A stretch of 64,000 nt of DNA from Eledone cirrhosa. Lineage: Eukaryota. The translations under genes and the position numbers were made by a program. The notes under the pieces were generated by a model. The model was not told the origin of the DNA, did not search any database, and worked only from the letters and a program-made list of their open reading frames with translations. Positions 12,351-27,200 of this stretch are shown here, one piece after another (position 1 is the first letter of the stretch; the number at the start of each line of letters is the position of its first letter). The stretch covers positions 64,604,001-64,668,000 of the forward strand of contig OZ024745.1 of NCBI GenBank assembly GCA_964016885.1, given 5' to 3'.

Positions 12351-15300
12351 ATTTGGGTGATCCATTTTTTATTTGGGTGATCCATTTTTTATTTGTGGGA
12401 TCCATTTTTTATTTGGGGGATCCATTTTTTATTTGGGGGATCCTTTTTTTATTTGGGTGATCCATTTTTTATTTGGGTGATCCATTTTTTATTTGGGGGA
12501 TCCATTTTTTATTTGGGTGATCCATTTTTTATTTGGGTGATCCATTTTTTGGGGGGGGATCCATTTTTTATTTGGGTGATGCATTTTTTATTTGGGGGAT
12601 CCATTTTTTATTTGGGGGATCCATTTTTTATTTGGGTGATACATTTTTTATTTGGGTGATCCATTTTTTATTTGGGTGATCCATTTTTTATTTGGGTTGA
12701 TCCCTTTTTTATTTGGGGGATCCATTTTTTATTTGGGTGATCCATTTTTTATTTGGGGGATCCATTTTTTATTTGGGTGATCCATTTTTTATTTGGGGGA
12801 TCCATTTTTAATTTGGGTGATCCATTTTTTATTTGGGGGATCCATTTTTTATTTGGGTGATCCATTTTTTATTTGGGGGATCCATTTTTTAATTGGGTGA
12901 TCCATTTTTTATTTGGGGGATCCATTTTTTATTTGGGTGATCCATTTTTTATTTGGGGGATCCATTTTTTATTTGGGTGATCCATATTTTATTTGGGTGA
13001 TCCATTTTTTATTTGGGGGATCCTTTTTTTATTTGGGTGATCCATTTTTTATTTGGGGGATTCATTTTTTATTTGGGTGATCCATTTTTTATTTGGGTGA
13101 TCCATTTTTTATTTGGGGGATCCATTTTTTATTTGGGTGATCCATTATTTATTTGGGGGATCCATTTTTTATTTGGGTGATCCATTTTTTATTTGTGGGA
13201 TCCATTTTTTATTTGGGGGATCCATTTTTTATTTGGAGGATCCATTTTTTATTTGGGTGATCCATTTTTTATTTGGGTGATCCATTTATTATTTGGGGGA
13301 TCCATTTTTTATTTGGGGGCAGAATTTTTATTTGGGTGATCCATTTTCTATTTGGGTGATCCATTTTTTATTTGGGTGATCCATTTTTTATTTGGGGGAT
13401 CCATTTTTTATTTGGGGGCAGAATTTTTATTTGGGTGATCCACTTTCTATTTGGGTGATCCATTTTTTATTTGGGTGATCCATTTTTTATTTGGGTATTC
13501 CATTTTTTATTTGTGGGATCCATTTTTTATTTGGGTGATCCATTTTTTATTTGGGGGATCCAGTTTTTATTTGGGTCATCCATTTTTTATTTGGGGTATC
13601 CATTTTTTATTTGGGGGATCCATTTTTTATTTTGGGTGATCCATTTTTTATTAGGGGGATCCATTTTTTATTTGGGTGATCCATTTTTATTTGTAGATCC
13701 ATTTTTTATTTGGGTGATCCATTTTTTAATTGGATGATCCATTTTTTATTTGGGGGATCCATTTTTTATTTGGGGGATCCATTATTTATTTGGGTGATCC
13801 ATTTTTTATTTGGGTGATCCATTTTTTATTTGGGGGATCCATTTTTTATTTGGGTGATCCATTTTTTATTTGGGTGATCCATTTTTTAATTGGGGGATCC
13901 ATTTTTTATTTAGTTGATCCATTTTTTAATTGGGTGATCCATTTTTTATTTGGGGGATCCATTTTTTATTTGGGGGATCCATTGTTTATTTGGGTGATTC
14001 ATTGTTTATTTGGGTGATCCATTTTTTATTTGGGTGATCCATTTTTTATTTGGGGGATCCATTTTTTATTTGGGGGATCCATTTTTTATTTGGGTGATCC
14101 ATTTTTTATTTGGGTGATCCATTTTTTATTTGTGGGATCCATTTTTTATTTGGGGGATCCATTTTTTATTTGGGGGATCCTTTTTTTATTTGGGTGATCC
14201 ATTTTTTATTTGGGTGATCCATTTTTTATTTGGGGGATCCATTTTTTATTTGGGTGATCCATTTTTTATTTGGGTGATCCATTTTTTTTGGGGGGGATCC
14301 ATTTTTTATTTGGGTGATCCATTTTTTATTTGGGGGATCCATTTTTTATTTGGGGGATCCATTTTTTATTTGGGTGATACATTTTTTATTTGGGTGATCC
14401 ATTTTTTATTTGGGTGATCCATTTTTTATTTGGGTTGATCCCTTTTTTATTTGGGGGATCCATTTTTTATTTGGGTGATCCATTTTTTATTTGGGGGATC
14501 CATTTTTTATTTGGGGGATCCATTTCTTATTTGGGTGATCCATTTTTTATTTGGGGGATCCATTTTTTATTTGGGTGATACATTTTTTAATTGGGTGATC
14601 CATTTTTATTTGGGTGATCCATTTTTTACTTGGGGGATCCATTTTTTATTTGGGGGATCCATTTTTTATTTTGCTGATTCATTTTTTATTTGGGTGATCC
14701 ATATTTTATTTGGGGGTATCCATTTTTTATTTGGGTGATCCATTTTTTATTTGGGGGATCCATTTTTTATTTGGGTGATCCATTTTTTATTTGGGTGATC
14801 CATTTTTTATTTGGGGGATCCAATTTTTATTTGGGTGATCCATTTTTTATTTGGGTGATCCATTTTTTATTTGGGGCATCCATTTTTTATTTGGGTGATC
14901 CATTTTTATTTGGAGATCCATTTTGTACTTGGGTGATCCATTTGTTAATTGGGTGATCCATTTTTTATTTGGGTGATCCATTTTTTATTTGGGGGATTCA
15001 TTTTTTATTTGGGTGATCCATTTTTTATTTGGGTGGTCCATTTTTTATTTGGGTGATCCATTTTTTATTTGGGGCATCCATTTTTTATTTGGGTGATCCA
15101 TTTTTTATTTGGGGATCCATTTTTTATATGGGTGATCCATTCTTTATTTGGGTGATCCATTTTTTATTTGGGTGATCCATTTTTTATTTGGGGATCCATT
15201 TTTTATTTGGGGGATTCATTTTTTATTTGGGTGATCCATTTTTTATTAGGGGGATCCATTTTTTATTTGGGTGATCCATTTTTATTTGGAGATCCATTTT

Positions 15301-16511
15301 TTATTTAGGTGATCCATTTTATAATTGGGTGATCCATTTTTTATTTGGGGGATCCATTTTTTATTTGGGGGATCCATTATTTATTTGGGTGATCCATTTT
15401 TTATTTGGGTGATCCATTTTTTATTTGGGTGATCAATTTTTTATTTGGGTGATCCATTTTTTATTTGGGTGATCCATTTTTTAGTTGGGTGGTCCATTTT
15501 TTATTTGGGTGATCCATTTTTTATTTGGGGGATCCATTTTTTATTTGGGTGATCCATTTTTTATTTGGGGATCCATTTTTTATTTGGGTGATCCATTTTT
15601 TATTTGGGTGATCCATTTTTTATTTGGGGGATCCATTTTTTATTTGGGTGATTCATTTTTTATTTGGGGGGTCCATTTTTTATTTGGGGGATCCATTTTT
15701 ATTTGGGTGATCCATTTTTTATTTGGGGGATCCATTTTTTATTTGGGTGATCCATTTTTTATTTGGGTTGATCCCTTTTTTATTTGGGGGATCCATTTTT
15801 TATTTGGGTGATCCATTTTTTATTTGGGGGATCCATTTTTTATTTGGGTGATCCATTTTTTATTTGAGGGATCCATTTTATATTTGGGTGATCCATTTTT
15901 TATTTGGGGGATCCATTATTTATTTGGGTGATCCATTTTTTATTTGGGTGATCCATTTTTTATTTGGGTGATCCATTTTTTATTTGGGTGATCCATTTTT
16001 TATTTGTGGATCCATTTTTTATTTGGGTGATCCATTTTTTATTTGGGTGATCCATTTTTTATTTGGGGGATCCATTTTTTATTTGGGTGATCCATTTTTT
16101 ATTTGGGGATCCATTTTTTATTTGGGTGATCCATTTTTTATTTGGGTGATCCATTTTTTATTTGGGGGATCCATTTTTTATTTGGGTGATCCATTTTTTA
16201 TTTGGGGTTCCATTTTTTATTTGGGGGATCCATTTTTATTTGGGTGATCCATTTTTTATTTGGGGGATCCATTTTTTATTTGGGTGATCCATTTTTTATT
16301 TGGGTTGATCCCTTTTTTATTTGGGGGATCCATTTTTTATTTGGGTGATCCATTTTTTATTTGGGGGATCCATTTTTTATTTGGGGGATCCATTTTTTAT
16401 TTGGTTGATCCATTTTTTATTAGGGGGATCCATTTTTTATTTGGGTGATCCATTTTAATTTGGAGATCCATTTTTTGTTTAGGTGATCCATTTTATAATT
16501 GGGTGATCCAT

Positions 16512-19500
16512 TTTTTATTTGGGGGATCCATTTTTTATTTGGGGGATCCATTATTTATTTGGGTGATCCATTTTTTATTTGGGTGATCCATTTTTTATTT
16601 GGGTGATCCATTTTTTATTTGGGTGATCCATTTTTTATTTGGGTGATCCATTTTTTATTTGGGGGATCCATTTTTTATTTGGGTGATCCATTTTTTATTT
16701 GGGTGATCCATTTTTTATTTGAGGGATCCATTTTATATTTGGGTGATCCATTTTTTATATGGGTGATCCATTTTTTATTTGGGGGATCCATTTTTTATTT
16801 GGGGGATCCATTTTTTATTTGGGGGATCCATTTTTTATTTGGGGGATCCATTTTTTATTTCTGGGATCCATTTTTTATTTGGGTGATTCATTTTTTATTT
16901 GGGGGATCCATTTTTTATTTGGGTGATCCATTTTTTTTATTTGGGGGTCCATTTTTTATTTGGGTGATCCATTTTTTATTTGGATGATCCATTTTTTAAT
17001 TGGGTGATCCATTTTTATTTGGGTGATCCATTTTTTACTTGGGGGATCCATTTTTTATTTGGGTGATCCATTTTTTATTTTGCTGATTCATTTTTTATTT
17101 GGGTGATCCATTTTTTATTTGGGGGATCCATTTTTTATTTGGGTGAACCATTTTTTATTTGGGAGATCCATTTTTTATTTGGGTGATCCATTTTTTATTT
17201 GGGTGATCCATTTTTTATTTGGGGGATCCATTTTTTATTTGGGGGATCCATTTTTTATTTGGGTGATCCATTTTTATTTGGAGATCCATTTTGTATTTGG
17301 GTGATCCATTTTTTAATTGGGTGATCCATTTTTTATTTGGGTGATCCATTTTTTATTTGGGGGATCCATTTTTTATTTGGGTGATCCATTTTTTATTTGG
17401 GTGGTCCATTTTTTATTTGGGTGATCCATTTTTTATTTGGGGGATCCATTTTTTATTTGGGTGATCCATTTTTTATTTGGGGATCCATTTTTTATTTGGG
17501 TGATCCATTTTTTATTTGGGTGAACCATTTTTTATTTGGGGGATCCATTTTTTATTTGGGTGATCCATTTTTTATTTGGGGGGGTCCATTTTTTATTTGG
17601 GGGATCCATTTTTATTTGGGTGATCCATTTTTTATTTGGGGGATCCATTTTTTATTTGGGTGATCCCTTTTTTATTTGGGGGATCCATTTTTTATTTGGG
17701 TGATCCATTTTTTATTTGGGGGATCCATTTTTTATTTGGGGGATTCATTTTTTATTTGGGTGATCCATTTTTTATTAGGGGGATCCATTTTTTATTTGGG
17801 TGATCCATTTTTATTTGGAGATCCATTTTTTATTTAGGTGATCCATTTTATAATTGGGTGATCCATTTTTTATTTGGGGGATCCATTTTTTATTTGGGGG
17901 ATCCATTATTTATTTGGGTGATCCATTTTTTATTTGGGTGATCCATTTTTTATTTGGGTGGTCCATTTTTTATTTGGGTGCTCCATTTTTTATTTGGGTG
18001 ATCCATTTTTTATTTGGGGGATCCATTTTTTATTTGGGTGATCCATTTTTTATTTGGGGGATCCATTTTTTATTTGGGTGATCCATTTTTTATTTGGGGG
18101 ATCCATTTTTTATTTCGGGGATCCATTTTTTATTTGGGTGATTCATTTTTTATTTGGGGGATCCATTTTTTATTTTGGGTGATCCATTTTTTATTAGGGG
18201 GATCCATTTTTTATTTGGGTGATCCATTTTTATTTGTAGATCCATTTTTTATTTGGGTGATCCATTTTTTAATTGGATGATCCATTTTTTATTTGGGGGA
18301 TCCATTTTTTATTTGGGGGATCCATTATTTATTTGGGTGATCCATTTTTTATTTGGGTGATCCATTTTTTGTTCGGGGGATCCATTTTTTATTTGGGTGA
18401 TCCATTTTTTAATTGGGGATCCATTTTTTATTTAGTTGATCCATTTTTTAATTGGGTGATGCATTTTTTATTTGGGGGATCCATTTTTTATTTGGGGGAT
18501 CCATTTTTTATTTGGGGGATCCATTGTTTATTTGGGTGATCCATTTTTTATTTGGGTGATCCATTTTTTATTTGGGGGATCCATTTTTTATTTGGGTGAT
18601 CCATTTTTTATTTGGGTGATCCATTTTTTATTTGGGTGATCCATTTTTTATTTGTGGGATCCATTTTTTATTTGGGTGATCCATTTTTTATTTGGGGGAT
18701 CCATTTTTTATTTGGGTGATCCATTTTTTATTTGGGTGATCCATTTTTTATTTGGGGGATCCATTTTTTATTTGGGTGATCCATTTTTTATTTGGGGGAT
18801 CCATTTTTTATTTGGGGGATCCATTTTTTATTTGGGTGATCCATTTTTTATATGGGTGATCCATTTTTTATTTGGGGGGATCCATTTTTAATTTGGGTGA
18901 TCCATTTTTTATTTGGGGGATCCATTTTTTATTTGGGTGATCCATATTTTATTTGGGGGATCCATTTTTTATTTGGGTGATCCATTTTTTATTTGGGTGA
19001 TCCATTTTTTAATTGGGTGATCCATTTTTTATTTGGGGGATCCATTTTTTATTTGGGTGATCCATTTTTTAGTTGGGTGGTCCATTTTTTATTTGGGTGA
19101 TCCATTTTTTATTTGGGGGATCCATTTTTTATTTGGGTGATCCATTTTTTATTTGGGGATCCATTTTTTATTTGGGTGATCCATTTTTTATTTGGGTGAT
19201 CCATTTTTTATTTGGGGGATCCATTTTTTATTTGGGTGATTCATTTTTTATTTGGGGGGTCCATTTTTTATTTGGGGGATCCATTTTTATTTGGGTGATC
19301 CATTTTTTATTTGGGGGATCCATTTTTTATTTGGGTGATCCATTTTTTATTTGGGTTGATCCCTTTTTTATTTGGGGGATCCATTTTTTATTTGGGTGAT
19401 CCATTTTTTATTTGGGGGATCCATTTTTTATTTGGGTGATCCATTTTTTATTTGAGGGATCCATTTTATATTTGGGTGATCCATTTTTTATTTGGGGGAT

Positions 19501-22500
19501 CCATTATTTATTTGGGTGATCCATTTTTTATTTGGGTGATCCATTTTTTATTTGGGTGATCCATTTTTTATTTGGGTGATCCATTTTTTATTTGGGTGAT
19601 ACATTTTTTATTTGGGGGATCCATTTTTTATTTGGGTGATCCATTTTTTATTTGGGTGATCCATTTTTTATTTGAGGGATCCATTTTATATTTGGGTGAT
19701 CCATTTTTTATTTGGGTGATCCATTTTTTATTTGGGGGATCCATTTTTTATTTGGGGGATCCATTTTTTATTTGGGGGATCCTTTTTTTATTTGGGGGAT
19801 CCATTTTTTATTTCGGGGATCCATTTTTTATTTGGGTGATTCATTTTTTATTTGGGGGATCCATTTTTTATTTGGGTGATCCATTTTTTTAATTTGGGGG
19901 TCCATTTTTTATTTGGGTGATCCATTTTTTATTTGGGTGATCCATTTTTTAATTGGGTGATCCATTTTTATTTGGGTGATCCATTATTTACTTGGGGGAT
20001 CCATTTTTTATTTGGGTGATCCATTTTTTATTTTGCTGATTCATTTTTTATTTGGGTGATCCATTTTTTATTTGGGGGATCCATTTTTTATTTGGGTGAA
20101 CCATTTTTTATTTGGGGGATCCATTTTTTATTTGGGTGATCCATTTTTTATTTGGGTGATCCATTTTTTATTTGGGGGATCCATTTTTTATTTGGGTGAT
20201 CCATTTTTTATTTGGGTGATCCATTTTTTATTTGGGGGATCCATTTTTTATTTGGGGGATCCATTTTTTATTTGGGTGATCCATTTTTATTTGGAGATCC
20301 ATTTTGTATTTGGGTGATCCATTTTTTAATTGGGTGATCCATTTTTTATTTGGGTGATCCATTTTTTATTTGGGGGATCCATTTTTTATTTGGGTGATCC
20401 ATTTTTTATTTGGGTGGTCCATTTTTTATTTGGGTGATCCATTTTTTATTTGGGGGATCAATTTTTTATTTGGGTGATCCATTTTTTATTTGGGGATCCA
20501 TTTTTTATTTGGGTGATCCATTTTTTATTTGGGTGATCCATTTTTTATTTGGGGGATACATTTTTTATTTGGGTGATCCATTTTTTATTTGGGGGGTCCA
20601 TTTTTTATTTGGGGGATCCATTTTTATTTGGGTGATCCATTTTTTATTTGGGGGATCCATTTTTTATTTGGGTGATCCCTTTTTTATTTGGGGGATCCAT
20701 TTTTTATTTGGGTGATCCATTTTTTATTTGGGGGATCCATTTTTTATTTGGGGGATTCATTTTTTATTTGGGTGATCCATTTTTTATTAGGGGGATCCTT
20801 TTTTTATTTGGGTGATCCATTTTTATTTGGAGATCCATTTTTTATTTAGGTGATCCATTTTATAATTGGGTGATCCATTTTTTATTTGGGGGATCCATTT
20901 TTTATTTGGAGGATCCATTATTTATTTGGGTGATCCCTTTTTTATTTGGGTGATCCATTTTTTATTTGGGTGATCCATTTTTTATTTGGGTTGATCCCTT
21001 TTTTATTTGGGGGATCCATTTTTTATTTGGGTGATCCATTTTTTATTTTGGGGATCCATTTTTTATTTGGGTGATCCATTTTTTATTTGGGTGATCCATT
21101 TTTTATTTGAAGGACCCATTTTATATTTGGCTGATCCATTTTTTATTTGGGTGATCCATTTTTTATTTGGGGGATCCATTTTTTATTTGGGGGATCCATT
21201 TTTTATTTGGGGGATCCATTTTTTATTTGGGGGATCCATTTTTTATTTCGGGGATCCATTTTTTATTTGGGTGATTCATTTTTTATTTGGGGGATCCATT
21301 TTTTATTTGGGTGATCCATTTTTTTTATTTGGGGGTCCATTTTTTATTTGGGTGATCCATTTTTTATTTGGGTGATCCATTTTTTAATTGGGTGATCCAT
21401 TTTTATTTGGGTGATCCATTTTTTACTTGGGGGATCCATTTTTTATTTGGGTGATCCATTTTTTATTTTGCTGATTCATTTTTTATTTGGGTGATCCATT
21501 TTTTATTTGGAGGATCCATTTTTTATTTGGGTGAACCATTTTTTATTTGGGGGATCCATTTTTTATTTGGGTGATCCATTTTTTATTTGGGTGATCCATT
21601 TTTTATTTGGGGGATCCATGTTTTATTTGGGTGATCCATTTTTTATTTGGGTGATCCATTTTTTATTTGGGGGATCCATTTTTTATTTGGGGGATCCATT
21701 TTTTATTTGGGTGATCCATTTTTATTTGGAGATCCATTTTGTATTTGGGTGATCCATTTTGTATTTGGGGGATCCATTTTTTAATTGGGTGATCCATTTT
21801 TTATTTGGGGGATCCATTTTTTATTTGGGGGATCCATTTTTTATTTGGGGGATCCATTGTTTATTTGGGTGATCCATTTTTTATTTGGGTGATCCATTTT
21901 TTATTTGGGGGATCCATTTTTTATTTGGGTGATCCATTTTTTATTTGGGTGATCCATTTTTTATTTGGGTGATCCATTTTTTATTTGTGGGATCCATTTT
22001 TTATTTGGGTGATCCATTTTTTATTTGGGGGATCCTTTTTTTATTTGGGTGATCCATTTTTTATTTGGGTGATCCATTTTTTATTTGGGGGATCCATTTT
22101 TTATTTGGGTGATCCATTTTTTATTTGGGTGATACATTTTTTATTTGGGGGATCCATTTTTTATTTGGGTGATCCATTTTTTATTTGGGGGATCCATTTT
22201 TTATTTGGGGGATCCATTTTTTATTTGGGTGATCCATTTTTTATTTGGGTGATCCATTTTTTATTTGGGGGGATCCATTTTTTATTTGGGTGATCCATTT
22301 TTTATTTGGGGGATCCATTTTTTATTTGGGTGATCCATTTTTTATTTGGGGGATCCATTTTTTATTTGGGTGATCCATTTTTTATTTGGGTGATCCATTT
22401 TTTAATTGGGTGATCCATTTTTTATTTGGGGGATCCATTTTTTATTTGGGTGATCCATTTTTTAGTTGGGTGGTCCATTTTTTATTTGGGTGATCCATTT

Positions 22501-23640
22501 TTTATTTGGGGGATCCATTTTTTATTTGGGTGATCCATTTTTTATTTGGGGATCCATTTTTTATTTGGGTGATCCATTTTTTATTTGGGTGATCCATTTT
22601 TTATTTGGGGGATCCATTTTTTATTTGGGTGATTCATTTTTTATTTGGGGGGTCCATTTTTTATTTGGGGGATCCATTTTTATTTGGGTGATCCATTTTT
22701 TATTTGGGGGATCCATTTTTTATTTGGGTGATCCATTTTTTATTTGGGTTGATCCCTTTTTTATTTGGGGGATCCATTTTTTATTTGGGTGATCCATTTT
22801 TTATTTGGAGGATCCACTTTTTATTTGGGTGATCCATTTTTTATTTGAGGGATCCATTTTATATTTGGGTGATCCATTTTTTATTTGGGGGATCCATTAT
22901 TTATTTGGGTGATCCATTTTTTATTTGGGTGATACATTTTTTATTTGGGTGATCCATTTTTTATTTGGGTGATCCATTTTTTATTTGGGTGATCCATTTT
23001 TTATTTGGGGGATCCATTTTTTATTTGGGTGATCCATTTTTTATTTGGGTGATCCATTTTTTATTTGAGGGATCCATTTTATATTTGGTTGATCCATTTT
23101 TTATTTGGGTGATCCATTTTTTATTTGGGGGATCCATTTTTTATTTGGGGGATCCATTTTCTATTTGGGGGATCCATTTTTTATTTGGGGGATCCATTTT
23201 TTATTTGGGTGATCCATTTTTTAATTGGGTGATCCATCTTTATTTGGGTGATCCATTTTTTACTTGGGGGATCCATTTTTTATTTGGGTGATCCATTTTT
23301 TATTTTGATGATTCATTTTTTATTTGGGTGATCCATTTTTTATTTGGGGGATCCATTTTTTATTTGGGTGAACCATTTTTTATTTGGGGGATCCATCTTT
23401 TATTTGGGTGATCCATTTTTTATTTGGGTGATCCATTTTTTATTTGGGGGATCCATTTTTTATTTGGGTGATCCATTTTTTATTTGGGTGATCCATTTTT
23501 TATTTGGGGGATCCATTTTTTATTTGGGGGATCCATTTTTTATTTGGGTGATCCATTTTTATTTGGAGATCCATTTTGTATTTGGGTGATCCATTTTTTA
23601 ATTGGGTGATCCATTTTTTATTTGGGTGATCCATTTTTTA
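16512..23640 (+). repeat. Segmental duplicate A, copy 2
   Basis: Same ordered rare variants as 1-7150. Differs by whole-monomer indels (e.g. 60 bp shorter at ~17.2 kb) and a few SNVs (GAGGGACCC ~4680 versus GAAGGACCC ~21109). Confidence 0.9.
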
Positions 23641-24279
23641 TTTGGGGGATCCATTTTTTATTTGGGGGATCCATTATTTATTTGGGTGATCCATTTTTTA
23701 TTTCTGTGATCCATTTTTTATTTGGGTGATCCATTTTTTATTTCGGTGATCCATTTTTTATTTGGGTGATCCATTTTTTATTTGGGGGATCCATTTTTTA
23801 TTTGGGTGATCCATTTTTTATTTGGGTGATCCATTTTTTATTTGAGGGATCCATTTTATATATGGGTGATCCATTTTTTATTTGGGTGATCCATTTTTTA
23901 TTTGGGTGATCCATTTTTTATTTGGGGGATCTATTTTTTATTTGGGGGATCCATTTTTTATTTGGGTGATCCATTTTTTATTTGGGTGATCCATTTTTTA
24001 TTTGGGGGATCCATTTTTTATTTGGGTGATCCGTTTTTTATTTGAGGGATCCATTTTTTATTTCGGGGATCCATTTTTTATTTGGGTGATTCATTTTTTA
24101 TTTGGGGGATCCATTTTTTATTTGGGTGATCCATTTTTTTATTTGGGGGTCCATTTTTTATTTGGGTGATCCATTTTTTATTTGGGTGATCCATTTTTTA
24201 TTTGGGGGATCCATTTTTTATTTGGGTCATCCATTTTTTATTTGGGGGATCCATTTTTTATTTGGGGGATCCATTTTTT

Positions 24280-27200
24280 ATTTTGTGTGATCCATTTTTT
24301 ACTAGGGGGATCCATTTTTTATTTGGGTGATCCATTTTTATTTGTAGATCCATTTTTTATTTGGGTGATCCATTTTTTAATTGGATGATCCATTTTTTAT
24401 TTGGGGGATCCATTTTTTGTTTGGGGGATCCATTATTTATTTGGGTGATCCATTTTTTATTTGGGTGATCCATTTTTTATTTGGGGGATCCATTTTTTAT
24501 TTGGGTGATCCATTTTTTATTTGGGTGATCCATTTTTTAATTGGGGGATCCATTTTTTATTTAGTTGATCCATTTTTTAATTGGGTGATCCATTTTTTAT
24601 TTGGGGGATCCATTTTTTATTTGGGGGATCCATTTTTTATTTGGGGGATCCATTGTTTATTTGGGTGATCCATTTTTTATTTGGGTGATCCATTTTTTAT
24701 TTGGGGGATCCATTTTTTATTTGGGGGATCCATTTTTTATTTGGGTGATCCATTTTTTATTTGGGTGATCCATTTTTTATTTGGGTGATCCATTTTTTAT
24801 TTGGGGGATCCATTTTTTATTTGGGTGATCCATTTTTTATTTGGGTGATACATTTTTTATTTGGGGGATCCATTTTTTATTTGGGTGATCCATTTTTTAT
24901 TTGGGGGATCCATTTTTTATTTGGGGGATCCATTTTTTATTTGGGTGATCCATTTTTTATTTGGGTGATCCATTTTTTATTTGGGGGGATCCATTTTTAA
25001 TTTGGGTGATCCATTTTTTATTTGGGGGATCCATTTTTTATTTGGGTGATCCATTTTTTATTTGGGGGATCCATTTTTTATTTGGGTGATCCATTTTTTA
25101 TTTGGGTGATCCATTTTTTAATTGGGTGATCCATTTTTTATTTGGGGGATCCATTTTTTATTTGGGTGATCCATTTTTTATTTGGGTGGTCCATTTTTTA
25201 TTTGGGTGATCCATTTTTTATTTGGGGGATCCATTTTTTATTTGGGTGATCCATTTTTTATTTTGGGATCCATTTTTTATTTGGGTGATCCATTTTTTAT
25301 TTGGGTGATCCATTTTTTATTTGGGGGATCCATTTTTTATTTGGGTGATCCATTTTTAATTTGGGGGTCCATTTTTTATTTGGGGGATCCATTTTTATTT
25401 GGGTGATCCATTTTTTATTTGGGGGATCCATTTTTTATTTGGGTGATCCATTTTTTATTTGGGTTGATCCCTTTTTTATTTGGGGGATCCATTTTTTATT
25501 TGGGCGATCCATTTTTTATTTGGGGGATCCATTTTTTATTTGGGGGATCCATTTTTTATTTGGTTGATCCATTTTTTATTAGGGGGATCCATTTTTTATT
25601 TGGGTGATCCATTTTAATTTGGAGATCCATTTTTTGTTTAGGTGATCCATTTTATAATTGGGTGATCCATTTTTTATTTGGGGGATCCATTTTTTATTTG
25701 GGGGATCCATTATTTATTTGGGTGATCCATTTTTTATTTGGGTGATCCATTTTTTATTTGGGTGATCCATTTTTTATTTGGGTGATCCGTTTTTTATTTG
25801 GGTGATCCATTTTTTATTTGGGGGATCCATTTTTTATTTGGGTGATCCATTTTTTATTTGGGTGATCCATTTTTTATTTGAGGGATCCATTTTATATTTG
25901 GGTGATCCATTTTTTATTTGGGTGATCCATTTTTTATTTGGGGGATCCATTTTTTATTTGGGGGATCCATTTTTTATTTGGGGGATCCATTTTTTATTTG
26001 GGGGATCCATTTTTTATTTCGGGGATCCATTTTTTATTTGGGTGATTCATTTTTTATTTGGGGGATCCATTTTTTATTTGGGTGATCCATTTTTTTTATT
26101 TGGGGGTCCATTTTTTATTTGGGTGATCCATTTTTTATTTGGATGATCCATTTTTTAATTGGGTGATCCATTTTTATTTGGGTGATCCATTTTTTACTTG
26201 GGGGATCCATTTTTTATTTGGGTGATCCATTTTTTATTTTGCTGATTCATTTTTTATTTGGGTGATCCATTTTTTATTTGGGGGATCCATTTTTTATTTG
26301 GGTGAACCATTTTTTATTTGGGAGATCCATTTTTTATTTGGGTGATCCATTTTTTATTTGGGTGATCCATTTTTTATTTGGGGGATCCATTTTTTATTTG
26401 GGTGATCCATTTTTTATTTGGGTGATCCATTTTTTATTTGGGGGATCCATTTTTTATTTCGGGGATCCATTTTTTATTTGGGTGATCCATTTTTATTTGG
26501 AGATTCATTTTGTATTTGGGTGATCCATTTTTTAATTGGGTGATCCATTTTTTATTTGGGTGACCCATTTTTTATTTGGGGGATCCATTTTTTATTTGGG
26601 TGATCCATTTTTTATTTGGGTGGTCCATTTTTTATTTGGGTGATCCATTTTTTGTTTGGGGGATCCATTTTTTATTTGGGTGATCCATTTTTTATTTGGG
26701 GATCCATTTTTTATTTGGGTGATCCATTTTTTATTTGGGTGATCCATTTTTTATTTGGGGGATACATTTTTTATTTGGGTGATCCATTTTTTATTTGGGG
26801 GGGTCCATTTTTTATTTGGGGGATCCATTTTTATTTGGGTGATCCATTTTTTATTTGGGGGATCCATTTTTTATTTGGGTGATCCCTTTTTTATTTGGGG
26901 GATCCATTTTTTATTTGGGTGATCCATTTTTTATTTGGGGGATCCATTTTTTATTTGGGGGATTCATTTTTTATTTGGGTGATCCATTTTTTATTAGGGG
27001 GATCCATTTTTTATTAGGGGGATCCATTTTTTATTTGGGTGATCCATTTTTATTTGGAGATCCATTTTTTATTTAGGTGATCCATTTTATAATTGGGTGA
27101 TCCATTTTTTATTTGGGGGATCCATTATTTATTTGGGTGATCCATTTTTTATTTGGGTGATCCATTTTTTATTTGGGTGATCCATTTTTTATTTGGGTGA

